Shown here: piece by piece, positions 50,558 through 62,589 of the stretch
Position numbering within the stretch: position 1 is the first letter of the stretch
Layout of the letters: each line of letters begins with the position of its first letter
From: Malacoraja senta
Taxonomy: Eukaryota
Direction: 5' to 3'
Length of the DNA stretch: 64,000 nt
NCBI GenBank assembly: GCA_038087875.1
Contig: CM075993.1
Location: 8,992,001 to 9,056,000 of the forward strand
Made by a program: the position numbers and the translations under genes
Notes under the pieces: generated by a model
What the model saw: the letters and a program-made list of their open reading frames with translations, nothing else
The model's database searches: none
What the model was told of the DNA's origin: nothing

Positions 50558-51230
50558 CTCCGTGGATTTTGAAGCAACAGCAACAAAGAGAAGCAGGAGA
50601 AAGCACTGATTGGCTCTAGCCCGAGTGGGAGGAGAGTTAGAAGTGAGTCAGAGGGGGAAAACAGTTGAAAAGGAGAGGCAAAGCACAGGCAGACTTAACT
50701 CAGAGCTCCTGTGGATTTTGAAGCAACAGCAACAAAGAGAAGCATAGAAAATAGGTGCAGGAGTAGGTCATTCGGCCCTTCGAGCCTGCACCGCCATTCA
50801 ATATGATCATGGCTGATCATCCAACTCAGTATCCTGTACCTGCCTTCTCTCCATACCCCCTGATACCTTTAGCCACAAGGGCCACATCTAACTCCCTCTT
50901 AAATATAGCCAATGAACTGGCCTCGACTACCTTCTGTGACAGAGAATTCCAGAGATTCACCACTAAAAGACTTCCCCTCTTATCCTTAAACTGTGACCCC
51001 TTGTTATGGACTTCCCCAACATCGGGAACAGGAGAAAGCACTGATTGGCTCTAGCCCAAGTGGGAGGAGAGTTAGAAGTGAGTCAGAGGGGAAAAAGTTT
51101 ACTTAACTCAGAGCTCCCGTGGATTTTGAAGCAACAGCAACAAAGAGAAGCAGGAGAAAACACTGATTGGCTCTTGCCCGAGTGGGAGGAGAGTTGGAAG
51201 TGAGTCAGAGGGGGAAAACAGTTTAAAACT
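50558..51230 (+). repeat. About three tandem 5' monomers of the CR1
   Basis: Unit ctc(c)gtggattttgaagcaacagcaacaaagagaagcaggagaaagcactgattggctc...tgagtcagagggggaaaa starts at 50558, 50706 and ~51114. Confidence 0.9.
50744..51028 (-). mobile_element. CR1 3' fragment inserted antisense in monomer 2
   Basis: Encodes VVNLWNSL..GIRGYGEKAGTGY; near-identical to 47750-48070; monomer resumes at caggagaaagcactgattgg. Confidence 0.92.
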
Positions 51231-51383
51231 GAGGAATTTGGTTTGTAAATTGGTAAATTAGGCAATTTATCAGTCAATATAAGCAAGACGGCTCTTAGGG
51301 AGCGGCCTTGTGAGTCTTTGGCTCAAGAGTCTTCAGAGAGGAGGCTATTCGTAAAGTGCGTGAGGACGGAACGCGGTGAACAC

Positions 51384-52275
51384 ATGTCGGGGCAGATGAG
51401 ACAGTGTGCGGCTTGCAGAATGTGGGAGCCCAGGGACACAGAAGGAGCCTCTGGCTGCTACAACTGTGGCAACTGCGTCCAGTTGGGGCACTGGAGAAGC
51501 AGCTGGATGACCTCAGGGCCATCCGGGAAAACAAGAGTTTCCTGGACAGGAGCTACAGTGAGGTAGTCACGCCGAGGTTACGGGAAGAACCAAGGTGTGT
51601 GATGGAGAGAAAGGGTGGAAATCGTGGAGTGCAGAAGACTCAGGTGGCTGTGCCTAATGAAAACAGGTACGCCCTCTTGGGAACTGTCCGGGGAGACGAT
51701 ATTTCCAGTCCGAGCGGCAGACACATCGGTGGCTCCAATCCTGGAGATGGGACTCAACCGGCGAGACCTACGTCGGGCAGAGCCCTAGTGGTGGGTGACT
51801 CCATTGTCCGAGGAGCAGACAGGAGATTCTGTGGCGGCAGAAGAGACGCGAGGATGGTCTGTTGCCTCCCTGGTGACAGGGTTTAGGATGTCACGAGCCG
51901 AAATCTGAACGTCCTCGAGAGAGAAGGTGAACAGCCGGCAGTAGTTGTGCACGTAGGCACAAACGACATCGGGAAGAAGTGGAAGGAGGTTCTCCAACAT
52001 GACTTCAAAGAGTTGGGAAGAAGACTGAAATGCCGGACTTCTAGGGTGGTTATCTCTGGTTTGCTTCCAGTACCACATGCTAGTGAGGACAGGAACAGGG
52101 AGATAGGGGATCTGAATGTGTGGCTGAGGGGCTGGTGCAGGGAGCAAGGATTTAGATTTATAGGCCACTGGGATCTCTTCTGGGTAGGGGTGACCTGTAC
52201 AAAAGGGACGGGTTACACCTTAACTGGAGGGGGACCGACATTCTGGCAGGCAGGTTTGCTCGGGCTACACGTGTG
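51384..52275 (+). pseudogene. CR1 ORF1 (zinc finger, coiled coil, SGNH esterase), disrupted
   Basis: CAAC..CGNC, LEKQLDDLRAIRE, LVVGDSIVRG, HVGTNDI, DGLHL across shifted frames. Confidence 0.85.
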
Positions 52276-52440
52276 GTTTAAACTAAATAGTGGGGGGGAG
52301 GGATTGACAAATTGGGAGTATAAAGATGGAGTTGAAGGGGAAGTGCCTACAGGAAAAATTACAAAAGATTCTCGAATTAATGGGAAGGAAAGCTTGAGAA
52401 TGGACAACAGAGTAAGGTCAGGGCCAATTGCGAGGGGGAA

Positions 52441-55194
52441 GTGAATACGGAGGTCAAAGTACTGTATATGAATGCGCGAAGTATAATGAATAAAGTGGAC
52501 GAGCTTGAAGCTCAGTTAGAAACCGGCAAGTATGATGTTGTGGGAATTACTGAGACATGGCTGCAAGAGGGCCAGGGCTGGGAACTGAATATTCAAGGGT
52601 ATACCTCCTATCGAAAAGACAGACAGGTGGGCAGAGGGGGTGGGGTTGCCCTGTTGGTGAGGAATGAAGTTCAGTCCCTTGCAAGTGGTGACATTGAAAC
52701 AGGAGATGTGGAGTCAGTATGGATAGAACTAAGGAATTGTAAGGGTAAAAAGACCCTAATGGGACTAATCTACAGGCCCCCAAATAGTAGCCTGGACATA
52801 GGGCGCAAGTTGAATCAGGAGTTAAAATCGGCATGTAGCAAAAGTAATGCTGTGGTTGTTATGGGAGATTTCAACATGCAGGTAGACTGGGAAAATCAGG
52901 TTGGTACTGGACCCCAAGAAAGGGACTTTGTAGAGTGCCTTTGTGATGGATTCTTTGAACAGCTTGTATTAGAGCCTACCAGGGAGAAGGCAATTCTGGA
53001 TTTAGTGTTATGTAATGAACCGGATTAAATCTACAATTGGAGAGGGAGAAGAGTAGATCGGAGGTGTCAGTGTTGCAGTTGAAGAAAGGAGACTATGCAG
53101 CCATGGGGGAGGAGCTGGCCAAAGTTGACTGGAAAGATACACTAGCAGGGATGATAGTGGAACAAAAATGGCAGGTGTTTCTAGGAATAATACAGAAGGT
53201 GCAGGATCAGTTCATTCCTAGGAGGAAGAAAGATTCTAAGGGGAGAAAGGGACGACCATGGCTGACAAGGGACATCAGGGACAGTATAAAAATTAAAGCG
53301 AAGAAGTACAACGTAGCAAAGATGAGCAGGAAGCAAGAGGATTGGGTAATGTTTAAAGAGCAACAGAAGATAACTAAAAAGACAATACGGGGAGAAAAGA
53401 TGAGGTACGAAGGTAAGCTAGCCAAGAATATAAAGCAGGATAGTAAAAGTTTCTTTAGGTATGTGAAGAAAAAAAAATTTGTTAAGACCAAAATTGGACC
53501 CTTGAAGACCGAAAAAGGTGAATTTATTATGGGGAACAAGGAAATGGCAGATGAGTTGAACAGGTACTTTGGATCCGTCTTCACAAAGGACGACACAAAC
53601 AATCTTCCTGATATAGTAGTGGCCAGAGGATCTGGGGTGACAGAGGAACTGGAGGAAATCCACATTAGGCAGGAAATGGTGTTGGATAGACTGATGGGAC
53701 TGAAGGCTGATAAATCCCCAGGGCCTGATGGTCTGCATCCCACGGTACATAAGGAAGTGGCTCTAGAAATTGTGGATGCATTGGTGATAATTTTCCAATG
53801 TTCTATAGACTCAGGATCAGTTCCTGTGTATTGGAGGGTAGCTAATGTTATCCCACTTTTTAAGAAAGGCGGGAGAGAGAAAACGGGGAATTATAGACCA
53901 GTTAGCCTGACATCGGTGGTGGGGAAGATGCTGGAGTCAATTATAAAAGATGAGATAGCCGCACATTTGGATAGCAGTAACAGGATCGGTCCGAGTCAGC
54001 ATGGATTTACGAAGGGGAAATCATGCTTGACTAATCTTCTGGAATTTTTTGAAGATGTAACTAGGAAAATGGACAAGGGAGAGCCAGTGGATGTAATGTA
54101 CCTGGACTTTCAGAAAGCATTTGATGAGATCCCACATAGGAGATTAGTGGGCAAAATTAGGGCACATGGTATTGGGGGTAGAGTGCTGACATGGATAGAA
54201 AAGTGGTTGGCAGAAAGGAAACAGAGTAGGGATTAACGGGTCCCTTTCAGAATGGCAGGCAGTGACTAGTGGGGTACCGCAAGGCTCGGTGCTCGGACCG
54301 CAGCTATTTACAATATACATCAATGATTTGGATGAAGGGATTCAAAGTAACATTAGAAAATTTGCAGATAACACAAAGCTGGGTGGCAGTGTGAACTGTG
54401 AGGAGGATGCTATGAGAATGCAGGGTGACTTGGACACGTTGGGGGAGTGGGCAGATGCATGGCAAATGAAGTTTAATGTGGATAAATGTTATCCACTTTG
54501 GTAGCAAAAACAGGAAGGCAGATTACTATCTAAATAGCGTCTATTTGGGAAAAGGGGAAGTACAACGGGATCAGGGGGTCCTGTACATCAGTCTATGAAA
54601 GTAAGCATGCAGGTACAGCAGGCAGTGAAGAAAGCGAATGGCATGTTGGCCTTTATAACAAGAGGAATCGAATATAGGAGCAAAGAGGTCCTTCTGCAGT
54701 TGTACAGAGCCGTAGTGAGACCACACCTGGAGTATTGTGTGCAGTTTTGGTCCCCTAATTTGAGGAAGGACATTCTTGCTATTGAGGGAGTGCAGCGTAG
54801 GTTTACAAGGTTAATTCACGGGATGGCAGGACTGTCATATGCTGAGAGAATGGAGCAGCTGGGCTTGTACACTCTGGAGTTTAGAAGGATGAGAGGGAAT
54901 CTCGTTGAAACATATAAGATTGTTAAGGGCTTGGACACGCTATAGGCAGGAAACATGTTTCCGATGTTGGGGGAGTCCAGAACCAGGGGCCACAGTTTAA
55001 GAATAAGGAATAAGCCATTTAGAACGGAGACGAGGAAACACTTTTTCTCACAGAGAGTGGTGAGTCTGTGGAATTCTCTGCATCAGAGGGCGGTGGAGGC
55101 AGGTTCTCTCGATGCTTTCAAGAGAGAGCTAGATAGGGCTCTTAAAAATAGCAGAGTTAGGGGATATGGGGAGGAGGCAGGAACGGGGTACTGA
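52441..55194 (+). pseudogene. CR1 ORF2 (APE endonuclease plus RT), disrupted
   Basis: YMNARSI, GITETW, YRPP, GDFN; stop/deletion at 53026; further frameshifts; FADD mutated to FADN. Confidence 0.92.
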
Positions 55195-58100
55195 TTGGGG
55201 ATGATCAGCCATGATCACATTGAATGGCAGTGCTGGCTCGAAGGGCCAAATGGCCTACTCCTGCACCTATTGTCTACTGTCTAAGAGTACAGGGGCCAAA
55301 AAGCAACCTTGCTTCACTCCATTGGAGATGTTTAAAAAGCTGCAGAAGTTTTGCCGTTGACCAGAACTGTTCCTGTCATGCCATCATGGAAGAGGCGGAT
55401 GATCTGGATGAACTTTCTTGGGCAGCCGAGCTTGTGAAGTATCAATCACAGAGCCTCCTGGTTGACCGTGTAAACGGGCTTTGTCAAGTCGACGAAGACT
55501 GCGTAGAGGTCCATCTTCTGCTCGATGCATTTTTCCTGGATCTGTCTTACCGTGAAAATCATATCAGCAGTGCTGCGACCAGGTCTGAAACCACACTGAG
55601 ACTCCCGCAAGCTTGCGTCCGCGACTTTATTGATTCAGCAGTTGAGGATGACACAGGTCAGTATCTTTCCAGCGACGGACAACAAGGAGATGCCTCGGTA
55701 GTTGCCACAGTCAGCTTTGCTATCTTTGTTTTTGAACAAGGAGACAACAGTGGCGGCATACTTTCTGTCTCCCAGATGCTGGACAAGATGTTGTGGAAGG
55801 TGTCTAGTGTCTCAAGACCTGCTGCTTTGTAGAGTTCAATAGGAATTCCATCCATGCCTGATGCCTTGCCTGTGCTGGTTTGACTGATGGCCTTCTCGAT
55901 CTCTTCCAAAGATGGGTGGAGGTCAAGGTCGTCAAGTGTTGGCTTTTATGGGATCTGGTCAAGAGCGACTGGGTCAACGGCAGAGGGTCTATTGAGGAGG
56001 TTGGCGAAGTGTTCTCTACATCTGTCTGAGATGCTGCTTTTATCCTTGAGCAGGGTTTTGCCGTCAGCTGCAAGGAGGGGGGGAGGAGGTCAGCTTGGGT
56101 GGACCAGACACAGCCTTGATCAAGCTGAAAAACTGCTTGTGTCTGCGTAATGTTGAACTTCATCAGCTTTACTCGCCATCCAGCTGTCTTGCATCTCTCG
56201 TAGCTCCTTCTGTGCCTTGCTCTGCAGGTGTTTGAAGCAATGCTTTTTGGAGATGGAGGATACGTCGTTCTGCCACTCGATGAACGCCTTGTGTTTCTGC
56301 TCCAGGAGTTTGGTTATTTCATCATTCTTTATATCAAACCAGTCCTGGTGCACTCGCTGCTTGCGTCCAAGCACTTCCTTAGCTGACTCTCATCAGCTTT
56401 TTGAACTGGTTCCACTTTTCAGTTGGGTCGCCTGTCAGTGGTCCATGAGCAGTCAGCTTGTTGTCCAGCTGGGACTGGTACTTCTCAGTGACGTCTGGTC
56501 GTTTGAGCATCTCGGTGTTGAATGATGCACGGAGAAGCTTAGATGTCTTGCACGTGGGAGAGATGTGCAGGTTGAAAATTGACCTGACCAATCTGTGACC
56601 TGTCCAACACTCAGCTCCCCGCAAGGCCCTGGTTATCTTAACATCACGGATGTTCCGCTTGCGGACAATGACATAGTCGATGAGATGCCATTGCTTGGAC
56701 CTGGGATGCATCCACGTGGTCTTGTACTTGTTGGCCATTCTGAAGAGGGTGTTGGTGATGGTGAGGTAATTTTCTGCACACATACTCAGGAGGAGTAGAC
56801 CGTTTCCATTCATCTTTCCGATGCCATGAGGTTCCATCACCTGTTCCCAGCACTGGCTGTCACTGCCACCCCCGGTATTGAAGTCCCTTGGCAGGATGAG
56901 CTTGTTGCTGGCAGAGCTTTGCTTTACCATACAGTCAAGGTCCTCGTAGAACTTCTCTTTGACCTCGTCACTGCTGGTCAGAGTGGGGGCATAAGCGCTT
57001 ATGATAGTCAGGTTGCGAGAAGAGGCGAGGGGGAGACAAAGCTTCATGAGACGTTCATCTTCCTGTAGGAAGATCCGGCATCTGTTGTGAGAGGGATGTC
57101 CTTATAGCCAGTCCAACCCCATGGATCCGTTCTTCGTTCTTCTTTCCAGAACAACGTGTAACCACCCATCGGTTCACAGACTGATCCTTCATCGGCGAAA
57201 CGCGTTTCGCTGAGAGCAGCAATGTCGATCTTGTACCGAGCCAGTTCCCTGGGGCCTTGCTGTGGTGTCTCTGTCCATGAGAGTGCGTACATTCCATATG
57301 GCCAAGATGAGTTTCTTTTTTTGTTTATAGTTTCGACCGCAGGTGAGGTTAAACTGCCAGCTGCGGCTCGCTGGCCAGTTCGTTGAGGGCAGGCAATGTT
57401 TAAGACACCTTTTCTAGTCCCCTCCCTTACTAGGAGCAGTGCTGTCCTGAAGGGGGCTGCTCTGTTGCCTGGGATGCTGCCGAACTTCCTTGCCGCCCTG
57501 GTACAAAGAAGAGTGACCAGTGGTCCATAGGCCGCCTACCTACAGGTTCGGAACTACAACGTCGCTTTGCTCCTAGCCCATCGCCGCAGGATTGTGTGAA
57601 TGAGTTTAAGGTGGAGAAGCACTGTAACAACCCCACACTCTCGGCTGCAGAAGTCAGAGTCCAGTGGTATGAAAATTCATCACGGATAGAGACTTCTTAG
57701 CTGCAATGGATGGCCATGTCATCTTTATTGTTCTGACTTGCCCTTCGCATTCCACAGTGCGTTGCTGCATCGCCTTTCCAGCCGTTGGTTCATAAAGATC
57801 TCTTCCGCCTGGCCCGCCAAACCAGACATTCCATGAAGGATGAGCATGTCCCACATACATAGTCTACATAGTCATTGTGGGGGGATGATTTTTGTATGTA
57901 ATTGTTTGTAATTGTATTTGTTAGTCTGTGTTCAAGATGGCGGTCGGAGGGGAGAGTGGACGCTGGCGTTAAATTGCCGCTGCTCTCTCCTCAAATTGTG
58001 CTTCTGATTTTCTTTTTTTTTGTGTTTTTTGGAAGGAATTCTGTCCCTGATTTATGTATTGGTCTTTATAACCTATTTTTTTTTAATTCTGATTATATGT

Positions 58101-58305
58101 TTTCTATAAATCTCTGTATGGTGTCCTTGAGACCTCGGTATAAGGCGCCCGTAAATAAAATCCATTATTATTATTATTATTACCAGTTGCAAGGCTACGC
58201 CTTGACCTGATAGGGTAAAAAAATAATGGTTACCAGTAATGAGGAACTTAATTTGCCATGTGATGAATTGTAGCCATTTATTTTTGAATATAATATTGAA
58301 ACTTA

Positions 58306-58643
58306 TAGAGTCATAGAGTGATACAGTGTGGAAACAGGCCATTCGGCCCAACTTGCCCACACCGGCTAACCATGTCCCAGCTACACTAGTCCCACTTGCC
58401 TGTGCTTGGTCCATATCCCTCCAAACCTGTTCTATCCATGTACCTGTCTAACTGTTGCTTAAACGATGGGATAGTCCCAGCCTCAACTAACTCCTCTGGC
58501 AGCTTGTTCCATACACCCATCAGCCTTTCTGTGAAAAAATTACCCCTCAGATTCCTATTAAATCTCTTCCCCTTCACCTTGAACCTATGTCCTCTGGTCC
58601 TCGATTTCCCTACTCTGGGCAAGAGACTCTGTGCATCTACCCA
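58306..58643 (-). mobile_element. CR1 (HER1-like) 3' fragment
   Basis: ORF SRTRGHRFKVKGKRFNRNLRGNFFTERLMGVWNKLP; (ctctatga)n tail. Confidence 0.88.
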
Positions 58644-59741
58644 ATGTCACAGATAGCAGAATGGGAAGTACAGAAAATATCAACGAAAGTTGGAGGAGGG
58701 ATTGTACAACTTCACGCTAGTCAATTATCTTCTGATTAAAAAGTGCAACCGTCTTGATTCTGCTTTCAAGCTAACCATTAGTATAATTAAGAGACTTTAA
58801 GACTTTTGCCTCCATCACAGTGAGGAGGTGCTTGGTGAACTCACTGTGGTGGATATTAATTTGTGTTTATTGTGTGTTTTGTTATTTATTATTATATGTA
58901 TGACTGCAGGCAACGAAATTTCGTTCAGACCGAAAGGTCTGAATGACAAATAAAGGAATCTAATCTAAGACAGGAAGTTAGTTAAATATGAAAATTAAAT
59001 GCCATGCTTTGAAGTTCAACTGTGCATAGCATTCAACAGCTAACGGCCAGAAGCTGCCAGTTTATTTTTAAGAATTACATGAGAATTTTAAAAGCACCCA
59101 TAAAAATTGTCCATTCATTTCCTGTTAGTTTCCCTCCAAGTCACTTGCCATCCTGCCTTTGAAATATATTGCAAATCCTTTGTTATTGCTGCACCCTAGT
59201 AACAGCACTGTGGCAGTACATCCACCATGAGAATTCCATTCATTCAAGACAGTTGTTCACCATCACCTTATTGAGCACAATTGGCAATGGACAATAAATG
59301 CTGATCTTCCAAGTCATGTCCACATCCTTACAGCATCCATGTGATTTCCAGTGCCAAAAATTAATGTTTTGTACAGTATCTCTGGCCTGCTGCCAGCACT
59401 TCCTTGTGTAACTCAAATGAGGCCCATATCGGAAAATAATTCAGGCATCTCCATTTCAACCAGCCACACCACGGCATAGCATTACAGGAGTTTCCCAAAG
59501 TGAAGAAATTGTAAGGTTTGTGAATTAAAAACAAAGATTTTAATTTGTTTAAGTTTTAAGTTGAGGACACTATGTTAGTTTGTGGTAGTGATTTTAGAGA
59601 ATAAAATATGCTGCTATTTGGGCAATGAGAAGGAAACTACAAGGCAGAAAGGCAGAAAGTAAAATCCAGTCAATGTGTAACGGGATAATATAGAGAATAT
59701 AAAGTAAAGACTGAATTGAGCAATGCCATAAGTGCTGGCCC

Positions 59742-59896
59742 CTCAGCCACGCCTACGCAGTTGGGGGAGGCTTGCAGGGCCAGGATCGCCATTTTGACAG
59801 AACATCGCATTGTGTATAGGTGAATGGTGGACTATTGCGTTGGGGGAGGTGGACCCAATGGAATTGGGGGACCCAACGGGTCCGCGCTTGGTCTAG
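59742..59896 (+). mobile_element. Helitron-like 3' end fragment
   Basis: agccacgcct..agttggg and ggacccaacgggtcc..ttggtCTAG|T shared with 34811-35045. Confidence 0.7.
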
Positions 59897-59940
59897 TAGT
59901 ACATAAAAGGTTTATCATTTATATTCTTATGAATTGCCAG

Positions 59941-60063
59941 ATCTTGATGAATGTGTACAAGCACCAAAACCCTGTAATTTCATCTGTAAGAACACAGAAG
60001 GTAGCTACCAGTGTTCATGTCCTAGAGGATATTTGCTGCAAGCAAATGGGAAAAGTTGTAAAG
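59941..60063 (+). CDS. FBN1: Fibrillin exon, cbEGF38
   Basis: gccag|...|gtgag, 123 bp; [41 protein letters not shown]. Confidence 0.96.
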
Positions 60064-60205
60064 GTGAGTATAATATTAATGTCTTGCAATAGAATAACTT
60101 ATCTGGTATACATTTGATTTTGTTTATTACTATTTTTCAGCAGATTGAAATCAAATTTAACCCGATTAAATGTGTAGGATGGAACTAGATGCTGGTTTAC
60201 ATGAA

Positions 60206-60350
60206 AGATAGACACAAAATGCCGGAGTAACTCAATGGCACAGGCAGCATCTCTGGAGAGAAGGTATGGGTGATGGGAAATGTCACCCATTCTTTCTATC
60301 CAGAGATGCTACCTGTCTCGCTGAGATACTCCAGCATTTTGTGTCTATCT
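60206..60350. repeat. Inverted pair of Penelope-type tails (foldback)
   Basis: agatagacacaaaatgccggagtaactc..gcatctctgga pairs with tccagagatgc..gagatactccagcattttgtgtctatct. Confidence 0.8.
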
Positions 60351-61328
60351 TAACCAGATTAAAATTGGAATTGGATAATTTTGCGTACATTGGGACCAAC
60401 TTTTTCAATCACACGAGATATTAATAATGCAACTGGGTGAACAAAAGGAGGAAATATAGGGAAATTATCAAAAAAATGTTAACAATGGTAGGTGATGCTT
60501 CAGTTTGTAATTAATAGATGCAATTATCACATATTTTGTACTGTTGACATAAAATGCCTAGCGCAAATAAAAATCATAATTAAGCTAGTTCTAAAAAACG
60601 GATTAAAAATGTTTGGTAGGGAAAATCCTTCTCTGGTAGAATACACATTTCTGATCAACTAATTATAAATACAAAGAGAATTGAAATATGAGAAAAAGGT
60701 GGCTCTGAAACTGAACTAGAAGAATTGAACATGGATCCTTATTCTAAAGAGGTCTTAAAAATCCTTAATCTTTCAAATAGATCTACTGCCTTCAAGATAT
60801 TTATACAAGGAAATCTAGCCCAGAGTGTATTGATCTGTATATTTTTTAGATTATTTTTCTCTTGGAAATCCTATTAATTAATATGAGGCTCAGTGGTGAC
60901 TGCCTGGAATCATTTATGGTATTATGGAATCAGTGGTATTAAGGTAAGCAGAGACATAAATATAGATTAGATTTGTGTACTTACCCTTCCCTTAAATGGC
61001 AACAACTTGAGCAGTGCTGACATTTCTAAAAATAAATCATTTTCAAAAAAATTTCATAACATATGTTTTTATTACTATTGATAGTACTTTGTAGTAAAAT
61101 CATAAGCACATGTTGGTTGTTGGTGATCCACCACCAACGTAAGTGAAGTTACTCCAGGACCATTAGTTGTGTTATTATCAATCTCAAAATATGATGCAGA
61201 TACTTTTTGTTATCAATGATAAATTGTCACTGCGGCATTATAATGTTCTTTGGATTTGGGGCAAATAAGCTGCAGTAAAAATATTTGGCTTTCATAGCCC
61301 CATTATTTAAACTTGGTTTTTTTTCTAG

Positions 61329-61445
61329 ATCTGGATGAATGCGCTACAAAGCAGCACAATTGTCAGTTTCTTTGCGTCAATACAATTGGTGGATTTACTT
61401 GTAAGTGCCCTCCTGGATTCACACAGCATCATACAGCATGTATTG
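61329..61445 (+). CDS. FBN1: Fibrillin exon, cbEGF39
   Basis: tctag|...|gtaag, 117 bp; [39 protein letters not shown]. Confidence 0.96.
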
Positions 61446-62589
61446 GTAAGTCACTGGCGAGAGTTGACGAGCAGGATAGATGAAGATGTATGAAGTTAAA
61501 CTGCAGATAATTTTTATACAATGAAGCAATGAGAGACTGATGACTGCCTACTGGCCTTTAAAATCTGCAACATAATATCAGACAGTGATGAACCACAGAA
61601 ACAAGGGATAGCTTTGTGCAGTTCAATACTTTATCTCTGTTGTGCAACAAAATCTGTCAAGTTTCATACTTGGATTGTCGCCTTTGGATAGTCATAGAAA
61701 CAGTTCCTTGGTCCCACCATCTATGTCAACCATCATGTTTATACTAAACCCGCTTCTATATTCATCTCCAGGCTTGAGGGGGCAGGTGACCTAATCCTGC
61801 TTCTATTTGTGTTCTTATGTTCACTCGAATGGTCCTTCTTCTCAGTAGCAGGTTTTGATACAAAACCTGTTCACTGCAGCCTTACATGCCAATAGATCAG
61901 GTTCAGCCTTTACTCTCATGTCTCAGTGTAAGTGTGGGATGCGAAAGTAGTGGGACCAGGCTTTAATGGCTGCTGCAGACGTTGGCCTCAGAAGGAGTGT
62001 CTCAACACTATTTGATCTCAGTGCTGTTGGGGCCGGGGTCCTGACAGCATCTAGAGTTGGTGGAGGACTGGCAATGCCAGTTTGCCAAGGTGGTGTAAAG
62101 TGCAAGGAGGGAGCACCAGCTAGAGTCTGGACTTTGCATTGATGTAATTCCTTGCAAGATCTTTATCTTGTGGACACGAAAGTCCACGAAACCTAAACCT
62201 ATGAAAAATACGGGCAATCAATGAGCCTTGACAGGATGCATTCCAAATTACTCAGCTTTGCATCTTTCAGTAAGTCAATGATCATGACTTGTTCCATCTA
62301 TCTTGTCCCACATCATCAGACAACCACTTAAAATCAGCAAGATGAAAATTCTGATTGCTGTCAAACTATATATTGTTCCAACAAAGTAAGAAACTGGTCA
62401 GAATGTGTGCATCTAGACATGTGTGTGGAGCAAAGTATCATATGCAGCACAGTTGCTCCCAATACACTACCAGTGTTTCCATGTGACGACCAGTTGGCAG
62501 GAACTGTGTCCTGATAGCCTTCTGACAATGTAAGTGAAATACAATTTGAGGATTTTTGCTCCTTCTCCCAGAGAACTCCAAAGGTATAA

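Larger units (their letters stand above)
50558..55282 (+). mobile_element. Full-length CR1 LINE (5' tandem monomers, ORF1, ORF2, 3'UTR); TSD AAGAG
   Basis: AAGAG at 50553-50557 and 55283-55287; removing the element restores the RTE RT frame GVKQGCFLAPVLFNLFF. Confidence 0.95.
49395..57873 (-). mobile_element. Full-length degraded RTE-clade LINE, interrupted by a CR1; TSD ATTGTGGG
   Basis: WNVRTL, IISAYAPT, TWMHPRSKQWHLIDY, GVKQGC.LAP.LF, LFADD, C-terminal CPHCPRVCGSRIGLVSH; (CCA)n tail; ATTGTGGG at 49387-49394 and 57874-57881. Confidence 0.92.
45..61445 (+). other. FBN1: Fibrillin gene, internal part (21 exons, cbEGF24 to cbEGF39); continues beyond both window ends
   Basis: Hand-spliced exons give the fibrillin order cbEGF, TB, 7 cbEGF, TB, 5 cbEGF, TB, 3 cbEGF, all phase 1-1 with AG/GT ends. 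Motifs [38 protein letters not shown] and [23 protein letters not shown] match FBN1 as recalled. Family is near-certain; paralogue assignment less so. Confidence 0.85.

Noticed and set aside
50558..51230. Repeat-spacer-like pattern suggesting a CRISPR array
   Set aside because: Vertebrate intron, long tandem monomers with no unique spacers, no cas genes
45..61445. Alternative identification as LTBP, fibulin or Notch
   Set aside because: The TB-7cbEGF-TB-5cbEGF-TB order and near-identical motifs are specific to fibrillins
45..61445. Calling the fibrillin a pseudogene
   Set aside because: Only one lesion, in a homopolymer; 20 other exons keep frame, cysteines and splice sites
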